NCBI GenBank assembly: GCA_043228905.1
Contig: JBHGNT010000007.1
Coordinates: 4,464,001 to 4,528,000, forward strand
Reading direction: 5' to 3'
Source: Azolla caroliniana
Lineage: Eukaryota > Plantae > Polypodiophyta
Length of the DNA stretch: 64,000 bases
Part shown: positions 25,076 through 39,700 of the stretch, piece after piece
Layout of the letters: the number at the start of each line of letters is the position of its first letter
Numbering within the stretch: position 1 is the stretch's first letter
Notes under the pieces: generated by a model
Database searches by the model: none
The model's input: the letters and a program-made list of their open reading frames with translations, nothing else
What the model was told of the DNA's origin: nothing
Translations under genes and position numbers: made by a program

Positions 25076-27219
25076 TCGTTGCAATGGGAGAGAACGAGAC
25101 AGGGGAGGGATGGGGGTCATAAATGTAAATATGTATAAAATTTCAACTTCTTTGTATCCAACGGTCAGAAAAGCCCTCTGGATTGAGACTATCCATCCAT
25201 CCATCATCATCCATTTCTTCTCAGGAGACACACACACACACACTCTCTCTCTCTCTCTCGTTCGTATACAGAAGAACCTCCGGTAGTCCTACCACTTCAC
25301 GGTATCTCCTATCGATCGATACACCACCATGTTTCACCATGGCTTTTCGGCTATACAACAACAACATTATGCACGTAGAAACTCTTGTGGCACTAATTGA
25401 TCGATCTATACACCATGTTTCACCTATCGATCGATACACCAGGTTTCGCCATGGCTTCTCGGCTACACAACAACAACGTTATGCGTAGAAAGTTCTTGTG
25501 TCACTAACCGAATTCGTAATTTGTTGTGACATGTTTGTCTAATGTATATTCACACTGTATGTATCTATGTGTGTGGTTGTTTGGCTATTATTGTCCTAGT
25601 AGTAACTTGTTTTAAGCTTTGGACATGATGTTGTGGTTCACGTCTTTACTTTTTGCGCAAATTCATTACACTATTATGCATCATTTTGCCTGAGCTACTT
25701 GCCAATGTCAGTGTATTCAATTAGCCCGATTGACCAATCCCTTCTCTCGTTTGCGCGCTCTTTAATACCCCTCTCACTCATTTGCTTTAACTTTCCCCGA
25801 ATAGTATTATTGGTCAACCTAACCCCACCCCCATGAACAAGTTTGCTTTGTGTGGAGTATATACATCACACTTTGCTACCCAAACCTATTCCTACACATT
25901 TCTCTCACAATCATGAGGCTCATTGATCAAGAGTACAATGAACAATGACGAGTTTAAAAACATCACATTGGTTTTCTCACACCATTCAAAAGTGAAACTT
26001 AAATAAGCTTGAGGGAATTGAAATTTTGGTCACTTGGGACCATTTTTATGGGTGTACATGGTACCCAGTATAATCTGATTGATGATTTCAATGTCCACAA
26101 AACTAAACATAGGCCCACCACACCTAAATCTATCTTTCCAAGAAACCTCAAGACTTAAGATTACTTTGTATAGACAACATTACTTGGAAGTTGGAACCAT
26201 AAAATAAGTAATATTTAAGTATTTTCCTCCATGGTATGCTGCAATTGAAAATAAATTTTATAAACAAAAGGAAGTGCACAAATTTCCACAAGGGATTTTC
26301 ATCCCTTGGTTTAATTTCATATGATTTTCATGAGTAAATTTGGTCAACATCAAGGATGCATGACAAAGATCATATTTCCTTATTCAAATCGTTTGATCGT
26401 ATTGCTATGGTACATTAAATGCTATACAAGAGATCGGTTCAGGTGGAGATTCCGCTTCTGAGGATAGTCATTAAAGATTACATGATGTGGCTTAAATGCC
26501 AACAAAATGTGTATCCACGACTACAACCAAGATATACGCACATTTTGCTATGAAAGAATTCATTCATCTTGATTTGGAACACATAAATTTGTTGCTTAAA
26601 GTTGCATGTGTGTTTGCATCTATCCATTCAAGATTTCATTCATTCAAAAGGCATGTAAAATTTATATCTGAAGGAGAGTATATGAGATTTTGATTCTTTA
26701 CTCTTCTCTCAACCAGGCACATTTATACTTGGCGCAGTGCTCGTACACCTTAATTTGTTCATGTTGTAAAGAGTGGGGAGAAAGAAGTGTAAACAACTAA
26801 AGAGAAACGAGAGCCATTATATCATTTCATGTTGTTCAGATGTGAACCGAATGGCAAAAAACTACTTTTCCACCATAAATCTTGAAAACAATGATTTTTG
26901 CTCCAATATAGATTTGTTGTGGATGTTGTAACAGACCACAGGTCCTATGGATGAAAGAGTATTCTACAATTTTAAATTGGATGATCATGTGTTGAATGCT
27001 TTCAATGTTAAGATTCATATTATCCAACGTAACTTTCTCCCATCAATGATGTTTTTCTCTTTTTGTATGCTTTATGAACATTATCTAGCTTATCATTCTC
27101 TTATCAATGACTTCCTCTCCCCCCCAATGACTTCCTCTCCCCCCCCTCTCTCTTCGCAAATGTATGTTTGTTATTAAAACAAGATGATAATGCAACCCTT
27201 GCTATGTCGACTACTTCAT

Positions 27220-27600
27220 TAGTAATGATATGGCGAGGCAAACCCTCTCAAGTGTTGTAATACTAGATGCTGTAAATCTAACTCATCATGGGACAACATC
27301 CTCATACAACATAATTGTGAAATTTGTCTAACTAACTTCACTTTCATCTCATGGGGTTGTTGTGGTACCCCATGGAGTTCATCAAACAATAACCTATTTA
27401 TCATGGTCTAGTTAAACCACATCCCCCAATATCTAAGGTAGTCAAACACGACTTAATATAATGGTGTGGGTAAAACTTTGGCACCATCAATAACAACCCA
27501 CTTAAAAGGTGACAAAAAACCTCCTATTACTGATGCCCATATTTGTTATATAACCACCCAATGGCTTTAGCAATTGGGCATGTAATGAACCTATGATTGA
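27220..27600 (-). mobile_element. Degenerate LINE 3'-end fragment
   Basis: The minus strand translates LRYWGMWFN*TMINRLLFDELHGV, similar to LRYWGLWFNRNMQNAFTFDSQVGV at the 3' end of the LINE at 31-36.6 kb. Boundaries approximate. Confidence 0.55.
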
Positions 27601-27935
27601 TATGACTACTTCCGTCTGTCCCTTTCTTTTTATGGTAACTAGCTTACCCTAGTGGTACGTTATTTACACTGTTAACACTACATCTTGGGTTTGAAACCCA
27701 AATTTCACACTTCTCTATTACTCCATAGATATCTCTTATTTAACTAGATGGCATAGTGGAATGTAGGGGTTGCCTCCCTCACTACATCCCTCTCTCACAC
27801 ACACAAAACAAATCTATCTCGCTCACTCTCCCAAGTTGGCTCCTCACAATGGGCTCAACCCTGCACCACATGTTGCTTTAGTCTCATTGATGTTCTATCT
27901 AGCACAATCTCCCCCACTCTAGAGTAGTGCCCTTA

Positions 27936-28343
27936 AACCTAAACGTATTTACCATAATGCCACTATATATCTATTTTGACCGATTTATACCACTTTTATT
28001 TTTCAAAATACATCATAAATCAAACTAAATTATCAAAATTATATTATATATCAAAAATTTCAATTGAAAGGCCACCTTAAAATCCAATTCTATGAATTTA
28101 ACCGAGTTATACTCGCTTAATCCCATAAAACCAAAATTTGTGATTGAAGTGACCAAAATTTAATCTTAAAACCAAAACATTTGATTGCACACCAAATTTT
28201 ACCATTGGGATGCTATTTTGAAGCCAAATTCCATGCCTCTTCTTCATTGACGAAGGAGGCAAAGACAATGGTAAAGAAGAACGTTTAGGTATAAATTGGT
28301 CAAAATAGATATATAGTGGCATTATGGTAAATAAGTTTAGGTT
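27936..28343. mobile_element. MITE-like element with 56-bp terminal inverted repeats
   Basis: 27936..27991 (aacctaaacgtatttaccataatgccactatatatctattttgaccgatttatacc) is the reverse complement of 28288..28343 with two mismatches; the interior is AT-rich and non-coding. No clear TSD. Confidence 0.75.
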
Positions 28344-29599
28344 CTACTTTACCATTGTCTCAGCCTCCTTCGGTAACGAAGAAGAGGTTCACTATAGGTA
28401 TCAAATACTTGTTTTTATTTTCTTCCTTAAAATTGGATTGGCTTCTTTAATCTTAATAAAAGATAACTCTCGTTGTTTAGCGTTATCTTTTCATCTTTGT
28501 GTTTTGTTCACATTTTACCCTTTTCTTTTCACAAAAGAAGGCAACTCCAACACTTCATGTTTTGTGATTAGTACCAAAAGTTGTATGAGTCCAAAAATAT
28601 TTGACTAAAAAATCAAAGATTTGTGAATCCAATAACATAAATTCCATAAATCAAATACAACTATGGTCATAGCCTATAGGGTAACACACATTGTGTTACA
28701 TATGAATCATGAAGCTATGATTGTCAGCAATCTATATATATAATAATTTTACAACAATATTTCATGTCTAGTAAGTACCTCGGTTATTGGTTCTAAAGGG
28801 TGTCAATTTGAAGACACTTGTGTGACATTTTGAAAACACTAATAAGAAGTGAAATTACTATATTATCAAAAAACAATATAATATATAATCCTCAAGAAAA
28901 GTCAATATTATCATGTCAAGTTTTCATGCAATAATATATTCTAAGGGAAAATATGATACACTTGGGCCTTGTATTAGGAATAATATGAAACATGAATAGG
29001 CTAAGAATTTCTCCAACATCGGTCAACCCTAATTAATTAATTTTACAACTTGTTCCTTTAGGGTTATCCAATGAAATCAAAGCGATAACACTAAATAACA
29101 ACATAGGGTTGTAGCAAGATGACAAACACAAGCACAAAGAAATGGTCTAAATGTTTAAAATGTGATCATGAGCACCAATGGGAGCATAGAGGGTTGTGAA
29201 ATCGTTTAGGGATCCCCTTGTGGGAACACCGATTAGAAAGTGATTTTTGACCTCATTTTTATGGATGCCCACATCCAAATTGATCTAGACACATGACAAG
29301 TGACAAATCATGTGCATTATGCCAAATGGCATTATACAAAAAAATATGTCCCCTATTTCTCTTTTGCAATGCATTGCATATGGCTAGTTTCCCACCAAAA
29401 CTCTACAAAAAAACCTTATCACAAAATGGAAAATGATATTTCCATCCTATCAATATTACTCAACTTCCACCACGTGGTGCGTTTGCAATCCAAGCTCGTC
29501 CTTCTCTCTCTCTATTAATTGAGCATAGGAGTAACTTGCCGAGAGAGAGAGAAGGACCATTGGTGACCAATTGTGAGCTATAGGATGGGGCCTAGCCCA

Positions 29600-30400
29600 T
29601 GCAAGGATTGAACTTGGGTTCTCTCAAATGATTTGACCTTGATGCTATGATGTAAACTATTAAACATATGGAGTTGCGAGAAGTGATTGGTTTGCATATC
29701 CAATTCTAGATATGACCAAGGTTGCATATGAGCTAGATTGGAGATTGGGATGTCATAAAAGCCTTGCCAAAGTAAAAACAAATGATGTATATCATAAACT
29801 AATTGATAGGCATACATGCATGGTAGAATGTGTTAATAAAAAATGGAGAATAACATCCAATAGGTGTTGGCAAACTGTGATACAAATGAGGTGACAAATC
29901 TTGTATTCCTTTCAAAGTTAAGGTGTTTATTTGGAGGGTCATGGTGGGTACAAGAGTTGCATTGGCAAAGACGAAGTATTGCTCCTAGAATATGTTTGTT
30001 TGCATGGTTTTAGAGGAACATGGTCAACATGTATTTATCAATTGTCTAGTGCAAGGGCCATATGGAATTCTATAAACGGAGTGTCGAAGTTCCCGTTTCA
30101 ATGGGTGTTTAGTCGTGTGCAAATTGAGGTTGCCTTCTCCACATTTTGAGATAGTCCTTTAGTGTCTAAGGTATTGGGAATTATGGCATAATTGGCGAGC
30201 ACAAAATGAATTTGTTTTATACTTAATACGGGCTCAAATTCACATTCAATGTTAAAAAAGCATACTAATTGGTATGGTAGTTTTCCTTGTTGGAAACTTC
30301 AGGGAGGTTGTCATATGAGGAATTCGGGATTTATAGGTGGCAAGGCATTATGTCCATGTTACTTGTTTTGGCCTTTATCAAATGAGATTGTATAGGTTCA
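29600..30400 (+). mobile_element. Degenerate LINE 3' fragment, same family as the 31-36.6 kb element, opposite orientation
   Basis: TNDVYHKLIDRH (about 29778) versus TNCAYHKLIDKH (minus strand, about 31650); LRYWELWHNWRAQNEF (about 30165) versus LRYWGLWFNRNMQNAF. Boundaries approximate. Confidence 0.7.
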
Positions 30401-31049
30401 CAATGATGTATGTAGAGATGAGGGATGTCATGATAATCCAATTTGATTTTGCGGTGAGACAATAGGATATCATAATCCATTTATTGTAACTCAACTTTCA
30501 TAATTAATACAATATTAACGTTGTTATAATTCGTGCACATAGTTAAACAAAGATGGAGCTAAGGTCATGTCGAACGGAACTAGTAGGTCATTGGTTCAAC
30601 TCCTACATCTCAGCAACGATGTTTATGGGCTTAACAAGAATCGAGCCTACATATGCACATGGGTTCAACAAAAACACTACAAACCACTAGTAAAATGAGT
30701 GGAATATATATGGAAATTTACCCATGATATTATGTATGATTTGATGTTTAGCATAACCCTTGACTTGATCCAAAAATGTATACTTCTAAACATGGAAGAG
30801 GGGTATGATTTGCAATTTGACAAAATTACACAATATATACGTGTATTTATATGCCACACACACGATCTCTCTCTCTGTCTCTCTCTCTGTCTCTCTCTCT
30901 GTCTCTCTCGTGTAAAATTGCACAACCTTTAGTTTCTAAAGAAAAAAGCACTACCATGGCTACTAATTTACACCAAAGCATAGAACTCTTCTAGGGACCT
31001 AAATTCTACGACTACGACTACGAACTCAATCCCACCCTACACACCAATT

Positions 31050-34000
31050 CAAATGTCAAATATGATGATACGTGACCTTGCAAAGCTCTTTCTTTTCATG
31101 GTTGATATTTCTTAGCTTCTCTAGCACTATAAATTGCCACAACATAAGTCCTTTTAACTTTAGAACATATTTTCTCACCCCAACTTGCGAATCAAAAGTG
31201 AAGGCATTCTGCATATTTCTATTGAACCATAGCCCCCAATACCTCAAAAACTCAATTATTTTTGGAAATGAGGCATCAATTCATTGTTCTCAATATGTGT
31301 AAAAACCCAATTGAATGAATATGTCTTACTCCAATTAAAGACATCTACACTAAATTGATACACCTCCAAACCATTGTAGCCATGGAACAAATCGATGCCT
31401 ACTATGTTCCAATTCGCGTGAACAAAAGGAACACATTCATTCATCTATCAATGTTTTTTCTTGTTTAATGCATCTCCCAATGGTAAAGCTCCAACCATAA
31501 CTCTCCAATTGAATACCTTAGCTTGTAACATCAATCAAGAACACCAACCTGCCTTGATCACATGAAACCACCAGGGAATGGGCTTATGAAAAAACCCCAT
31601 ATCTTTGTAACCTTTTCTTCCATCCACTTATGTTTGTCAATCAGCTTGTGATAAGCACAATTTGTTGATATCATTGTCAATGTCCTGTTTTCAACAAATG
31701 TCCAAACAAGATCTTGAGATCCCATATCTAAATAAGGAATTGGCTCATACGATGATAATAACCCTTACAACTTATCCCAAATAAAGGAATAACATTTTGG
31801 AATACGAAATGTTGATCTCGTTGTTTGAAAGGCCATTAATCTTCTTTTTGACACTGATATAACATCCTTGATTGTTCCTAAACCCAATCCAATCATCTTA
31901 TTAAATTGAAGGTTAAGAAGATGATTACCTTCGCTCCTCCACAACCTTGATGTCACCAAAACCCCAATTTGTAATGAATTAGCACACCCCCTTCCTTGTG
32001 GAGGATGCCATTGCACAAAATCTTACATACTTTGCCAATATGCCAACAAATGATTAACTTGTAGAAACCACGTATGTTTGACATCTCTTTCAGATTTAAT
32101 GACATTCCACCAATTAGTTTCAACTGTCGTATTTCCAAGTTGAATTCCCATCTTCTCTATAGAGTATGCCACCATATCCCTCCAAGGTTGTAAACCCTCA
32201 AACATAAATTGAATGAAAGTAAATCGATGAGCTCGTATAAATTCAATATTGATGCCCCACCATGACGTTTCGAAGTACAAGAATGATCCCATGCCAACCA
32301 CGACATGACACTTTTCCCTTTTCTCTTCCATAACAACATATGCATCGAGTGTGACACCATTTCAAGAGCTTTCTTTGACTTTGGTAGCAAAGGAAGATAA
32401 TAAAATACCATAGAGACCATAATCGATTGAATCACCTTAAGTTGAACATGAAGATGCCATAATTGAGACCTTCAATACATAAACTTATCCTCCAAATTTT
32501 TAGATACCCACTTAATAAGTTTTACATGAGAAACTTCCACTCCAACTAGATATCCACAATGACAACAAATCATACCATGATGTATTATCCTTCATGACCA
32601 CCCTAAACCTAACGAGTATAGATTTATGCATATTACTTTTCAACCCCGAAGAATTTGAAAACATTTCCCACACAACTCTTGTCTTGCTAGTATTTTCTCG
32701 ATTAGGTGCCAAAAACATGTTATGGTCATCTATGAGAGCTTGAACAATACATGGCTTCCCTGATGACAACCTTAGTCCAAGCAATTCTTCCTCCACAACC
32801 ATATTGTGTAATTTAACAAGAATAGGACGTGTCACAATAGCGAATAGAAAAGGATTGACTAAGCATCCCTGTCTAATTGATATTCAAATAGAAATAGGTT
32901 GTGTTACTCCATTAAACATCACGTGTGAAACAAAACCCTCCCCTAATGTGTATATCAACTTAGACATACGATCAACAAAACCCATACGAGACATCAATTG
33001 ATTTATAAATGACCAATCCACATCATCATAGACCTTCTCAACAACCAATTGTAAGAACACTAATTCTCGCCTAGACTCCATTGCATAGTCAATTGTCATT
33101 TGAACATTTAAAATATTATCTAAAATATCTATTTTTGTCAAGAACCTATATTGCACATTATGCATTATAGAAGGTAAACCCTTATGTAACCTATTCGCCA
33201 TCACTTTTGCAAAAATCTTATACATTCCCCCCATCAATGAAATAGGCTTCCATAGAGCAAAGGAAGATGAAGACGACACCTTCGGCAAAAGTTATATCAA
33301 ACCAATCTTCCAAGAATGAGGCATTTCCCCTGACATCCGCATTGTATGAAATAATATAGTAAAAGCCCCCCTTTAACTTAATTACATATTCTTAAAGAGT
33401 TCATTTGTTAATCCATCCCATCTAGGACTCTTATCATTAGTAAGATGTGACATTACCTGTTCCACCTCATCCTCTCCATTAAAAAAACATCTCTATTATT
33501 TTTAACATTATCATCAATACATACTTGTACATCCAACAATTGTGTATAATATTCTATGCATTTCTTCACAATTTCACGAGGATCGAAACACATTAACCAT
33601 TGTCCTCAAACCTTACCATATTATGTCATGTATGTGATTCATAAAAATCATGGAAAAAATTATGTGGTTGATAATTAATATCCACCACTTCTTTTCTTAG
33701 ACAATGTATTCTATCATGTTCATAAATTTTCGTCGTAAGATCATGCATTGCAAAAATGAATACCTCTTGATATCCCATCAACTTTACATATGTTGGCTAA
33801 TAGTTAACAATGATGTACATTTATTAAGCAAATTAACAACGAGACTTAATTTATTTCTCCTTCTAAAGGCATGATGAATTCCGTAATATCTAGTTAACTT
33901 TTGAACATTTGCATCAAACACATCCCATGCTTCATACCCATCAAATTGAGCACGATAGGCAAATACATCAATTAATTGACACATATAGGCATGGAAGACC

Positions 34001-36600
34001 TCATGATTGAAAAAATATGAATTTGAAAATCAACAATGGTTTTCCTATGAACTTATGAAAAACTCTAATTGAGTGATACGTTGTCACGGATTCCCGAGGG
34101 TATGTGTTGAAATGGGGTAGGACCACCGGGGTCTCGGACCAAGGAGCTGGTGAAAAAAGAAGGTTTTCTAGATCGTTTTCGGATAACTTCGCCACATAGG
34201 TTTCCGGACACGTATATGATCTGGATAGATACTCGAATGCCGGATAGTGAGCGCATGGGCTCAGGGAAGTATATTGTTCCAGACTGGTTGTCGAATAGCA
34301 GCGATGAGCTGATGGGATCACTCACTCGGATACGTGCACTCAAACATGAATAAAACAAAGATAAGAACACGAGGATGCCCAAACACACGGAGAGACTCAA
34401 CAAAACTAAAGATTAACAAAGAAAACAAAAAAGATTACAAATGTATGCGGCCGACAAAAGAGCTTTGAGCTCGCTACACACACTCATGCAGACACTAGCG
34501 AGCCTTTGATCAGGATCACACAAGCTACCAGTGCAAAACGGAGGCCTTGCAGCACGACGATAAGAAAATCGGAAAACGAAGCATAGGAAGGAAGCTTGCA
34601 GAGCTCGGTCCGGCAACAATTCGTTCTCTAAAATTGTGGATCCATTCTCAATCTTCTCTCCCTCCTTTTATCGTTCAAGGAGGGAGAGACCGTTACATTG
34701 GGCTGTTAAGACAACCGCTTTCTGTCCTTCATCCTCTCCTTGATTTTATCACATCATATCTTCTCATTCCTCTCTTTCTGTGGGACATTAAAGTACCTAT
34801 CAAAATCACACTCTCTAGTACTTATTAGTCCTATGTTATTTTCACACTTTGTACATAAAGACAAATTTCGTGTGCATTAGCGCACACCCCCGTTCACGCG
34901 CATCCGGCTATGTTTTCTTTCTTCCTCTGGCCGGAATCCTTCACAACAACGTGAATTCAAAAATCAATGGGAAATGATATGATATAATTGACCACAAGAC
35001 ACTGAAATATCCAAAATCTCCGGTAAAACCCATAAGTATGCATTGCATACATTTAATCTACCCTACTCCAAGTATCTTTTTATTGAGCCAATTGAAAGGT
35101 ACAACCATGTTCATCTCTCTTGATCCATTTCCATACATCCCTTAACATAACTTCAATTTCAAAATCTCCCCACTCTTGAGCCTCTAGTCCATCCATAATA
35201 GAGTGGATATATGTTGATTGATCTACCTCACAACAAACATCAAAATCTCCCATCAATCAACACGGTCTACCATTATCAAGCACCAAGATTAGAAATCTCC
35301 ATAACAACTTCCGTTCCGTTCTTGTGAAATATTTGATGTATACACACCAACTAATTGGAGAACTTGTCCATCATAACATATCTCAACCATTGTAAATCTT
35401 CTAATTTCATATGAAACAATTACTTTTAGTGTAAAATTTGTCTTCAATAAACATGACAATCCCAGAATAATCTCTATGAATATCGCCAACATAACATTTT
35501 AATGTATAACCCTTAAATTAAATAATTAACCCAACATTATGATGATATTTATACTCTTTTGCATGTAAAACATCCCACTGCTCACTTAACACAATCCTCC
35601 AACCCTCATGCATCCTAAATCTAGAACACAATCCCCTCATGTTCCATGTTGTGACTTTCATACTTATTTTTTCTTTTTATCTGAGAAATCTCTTTCTCTT
35701 TCACTACTAATGTATCTGCTATATCTTGAAATATATTCCCTAAGATTGCATAGGAATTACTTTGGGAATGCAAAACTCAAGACCTTCATGGCTCCTCCCA
35801 TGGACAAGGCACTTGTTTCCATTTATTCCAAGGAGTATACAAATTACCTTTATTATCAAAAGAAAATTTCTTTGGATCGTCTTCTTGACGACCTCAAGTC
35901 TATTTTGCTTGAAATTTGTTTGTTGAATTGATGTTTTTTTTTATCAAACAAAATATCTTTCAATTAGTTTAAAAAAAGGCATATCAGCTACAACCTCCAA
36001 AATAGATGGAAAATTGTTTGTTGAATTGATGTTACCTTCTTCATATATACATTATGCCCAACATTCTTATTAAATTTCATCATCTTCTAGAAACTATTGA
36101 GTTCCACTGCCCTTCATCCTCTAGAGTCTTTCCATCCTTGTCATTCACATGTTGTTCCTCTAGAATCTTTCCATTCTTGTCATTCACATGTTCTTTGATT
36201 TGCTCTGAGATTACAGATAAAGTTTGAACCCGATCATTGTTTGCATGCTCTTCACGTACAACTTCCATTGCATTACTTCTTTTTTGACGACATTCAACAA
36301 TAAAATGCCCTAACATGCCACAAACTGAAACAATGTCATGTAGATGCACCCCATTTAAGCTAAAAAATACATAGGAGGCATACGGGAGCATGCAAATTGC
36401 AAACATCTCGGCCTCTCAGCAGCCGTATTCCAAAAGAATACACATTCAATATCGATTGTGCGCATTAGCACTAGAAGATGCTAAGATCTTTCCCGGCTTT
36501 TTCCATTGCTTGGATTGTAATATTGGCGAGATCCACTCAATATGTGCACTCTACCTCATATCCATACATACATGACACTCTTTCTTGGTTGAATATATCC
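31050..36600 (-). mobile_element. Near full-length, heavily degenerate L1-type non-LTR retrotransposon
   Basis: Ordered relics on the minus strand: zinc knuckle CGMLGHFIVEC (about 36310), APE endonuclease motifs LVGVYTSN, MGDF and SYHFP (35350-34965), and RT motifs KSPRWDGLTNELFK, WKPISLMGGMYKIFAKVMANRL, EKVYDDVDW, IRQGCLVNPFLF and LIDD. Many stops and frameshifts. Ends approximate. Confidence 0.88.
34082..34948 (-). mobile_element. Solo LTR nested in the LINE
   Basis: 867-bp segment, more GC-rich than its flanks, bounded by TG...CA (tgtcacggattcc ... ggaatccttcacaaca, imperfect inverted termini). Flanked by ACGT on both sides (34078-34081, 34949-34952); it interrupts the LINE just downstream of the endonuclease. 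Confidence 0.7.
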
Positions 36601-36725
36601 TTCTATTCCACTATTGGCCTTTCCCTATGTAGTATGTGTAGTAAGTAGTATGTACTATGTACATACATAAAAGCTTAGATCAGAGTTTTGTTTTATGAAG
36701 CTGAAGCACTAGCGGAAGCTGAGCG

Positions 36726-39700
36726 ATGGCATCGTGGCGTAGCTTACCTCGAACTCTTCTTCTTCTGCAATCGCCTCATCCTTTATCTCCATCCACAGCG
36801 ATCTCGGCTCGAATTACAGGTATCCTCCTTCATCACTCATCAGTCTTCATCTCTCTCTCTCTCTCTCTCTCTTTCACGAACACACGGTGAACCTCATCTC
36901 GTGAGCATTGTAAATGGAAATAAAGGAATGATTTCAATGTAATGTACTCACGGTTTTTTACGATTGGAAAGAATTGAAGTGTTTGATCTGTGTTTTGTTT
37001 CTCATGGATCACTAAAGAAAAGAAGGAAGATTCATTATTATTTTTGTTTCATATATAGCTTATCTGAATTCATGTTCGTATTCATAATTCTTGCCCAATT
37101 TTGTTTACAGTTTTTAAGAAAAGGAAGGAATATCTTCTATAGTTTATTCCCTAGACTGCATTTGTGTTTTGTTTCTCATGGATCACTAAAGAAAAGAAGG
37201 AAGATTCATTATTATTTTTGTTTCATATATAGATTATCTGAATTCATGTTCGTATTCATAATTCTTGCCCTATTTTGTTTACAGTTTTTAAGAAAAGGAA
37301 GGAATATCTTCCATAGTTTATTCCAAATTTTTGATGCTTGCCATGCATATAATATGTTTAAAGGAAAAAAGGAATATTTGGTCTTTCTTTCATTCATTTG
37401 ATCGCTGTCTGAATTTCAGTGTAACATTTACAAAGCTTGCTATGCCTTGTCTTTTTTGCTATCCTTATATTTCGGAGCCTTGTTTTGGTTCTATATTTAA
37501 ACCATTTGTGAGTGCTTTCTATGGTGGCTTCCTTCCCCGATTGGGGGTGATTGATGGGATATCTCAGTCAAAGTAAAGAGACTAAAAAAGATACCAATTC
37601 TCCTTTTCCACGCATATAAATTTTGTATCACATTACATTAGGACTTGCAAAGTATCTTTGGTTGAATTGGAACCTAGAGCCACATTCCATTACGTTTTAA
37701 GTAATATTTCCAACTTAGAGTTTATCCTACTGAATTTGAGGAGCTTTATCTTGAAACATGTCTTTGCATTTTGTTAAATTTAGCTGCTTTGTTCTCTCTC
37801 AAGCTACTGTCTAAAACCTTCAAATGGGATGAGTAATAAAGGATTTAGGAGCATTAGTTAATCAAAACTCATATTTTAATAAAACTAATTCTTAAATTGA
37901 CTCTCATGCATTGCGAGTCATTACCTGAGGAAATCATACCAAAGTGATGATATGAATGGAGAGATGCATAACAGGTCCACATGCAGCTGTCATTTTGCCT
38001 AGAGAATAACATGAATAGTTTGATCTTCAGTTGAAGACATGCTTTCTCATTTATCAAACTAATCATAGAGACATTCAGTTGAACTTCATGAAATCCATAT
38101 ACAAGAGGTGGAAAAGAGCTATATGTTATTTTCACTAAGCCGTAGGAACAATATTTGATTGATGTCCTATAAAATCCATATATACAAGGTTTTGAAAAGC
38201 AAATGTATTTATATGATGATTTCCTTATGCGTTGGCCTCGTAGAAGTAATAAGTGAATCCTTTGCACAATGCGAAGTTTTCAAGTTGTAAGAGCAATGAA
38301 TTAATTCTTATAGTGTATTCTTAAAGGATTGATGCATAACTTCCAAGAAAAGTTCTAATAGCTGTGTTTTATTCATTCATGTCTTCTCCCCAGAGAAGAT
38401 CCTCACAAAGTTCCTTTGAGATGAAGAATATATAAAGTGAAACAAAAACAAGAGTAAGGTGAACAAGCAGAACCTAAATTTAGTTCTATTTACATTTTTT
38501 TTTCTGGGTGAATTTGTATTGTACAGCCTTTGTTGGTCTCATAGATCATTCTGAACTCATTAGAGCTGTAAGTGTATTCTATCATTCTTTTTGTTCTGGA
38601 GATCATTATGATGTGAAAGAGGCCAATAGCTCCTGTTTCTTTTAGTGATGAAGTTGTGAAGGTCATTTGAGATTACATTTCTTTATCAGTTTTGAAAGCC
38701 TAGCATGCTGTGATAGAGCATTCAGCAACAGCCTTCTCTTTCTTTTTGCTATGAATTTGTAAAAATAATTTGAGATTATATTTTCTATCAGTTTTGAAAC
38801 CCCATTACACTGTAAAAGTGGAGACAACCATCTCCTAAATCAGCTAACAGCTATGCATTATGGAGACAGAACTCATGTTCCATTCTTGTTTTCTGGTTTA
38901 GATTCATTCTTTAAGAGGTTTTAGAAACTAAGCCTCGATTAGGCAAAATGTGATGGAAGACGCCAGAGCCATGCATGTTACATGCCATGAATAAATGAAA
39001 TGCTAGGAATTGTTTCTGCACATTTGATTGGTGCAATTGCAAGTTATGCAATTTGAGGGATGAGGAGGAACCCATAAGGCTAAGGTGCAGCTGGGGGAGA
39101 GAATTCTTAAAAAAATGCATGGAGGCTGATCCTATATGACTACAGGAGGGTTCCCCAATCCTGAAATTTCGTTAGGATATTTAGTGCTGTTGAACCAGAC
39201 AAAGTGGCAACCGTGCATAGCATTTTCGGTGCCAACCATAAGGCATCAAATCTGTTTTTTGTCTTTCCATGATTCATTATTACATTTCAAGCCATTGGCT
39301 TTTAGGAAGTGTGCATAGAAAAATCATTTTTTTGGTTACATGCATTGATGAGTCTCATATGTGAGGTTTTATAAGTCATTATGTTCTTTTAGAGACGTTA
39401 ATGTATCTTTATCACTTTCTCCAAGCTTTAAATCATAATACATCTAAAGGGGTTATAGTGCCTTAATTTAACAAGGGCACAAAACCAGTTTAAGTATGAT
39501 TGTGCCAGATGTGTTGATTAGATTTGGTAATAATTTTGTCAAATGGTGATCCAATTTGTTTCGAGTATAAATGCACACGCATGCATTGGGCACTAGGATC
39601 CATAAGGGATTATGATGATGATGATGCCTCTTATTCCTGCTAGCACATAGTATAGTTGCTTGAGCACCATTGAGGAATTATTGCTGGAATTACAGCATTT

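Noticed and set aside
38394-38458. Possible cassette or poison exon in intron 1 of the NudC-PHPT1 gene
   Set aside because: It has AG/GT boundaries and an in-frame stop, but such sites arise by chance; no support without transcripts.
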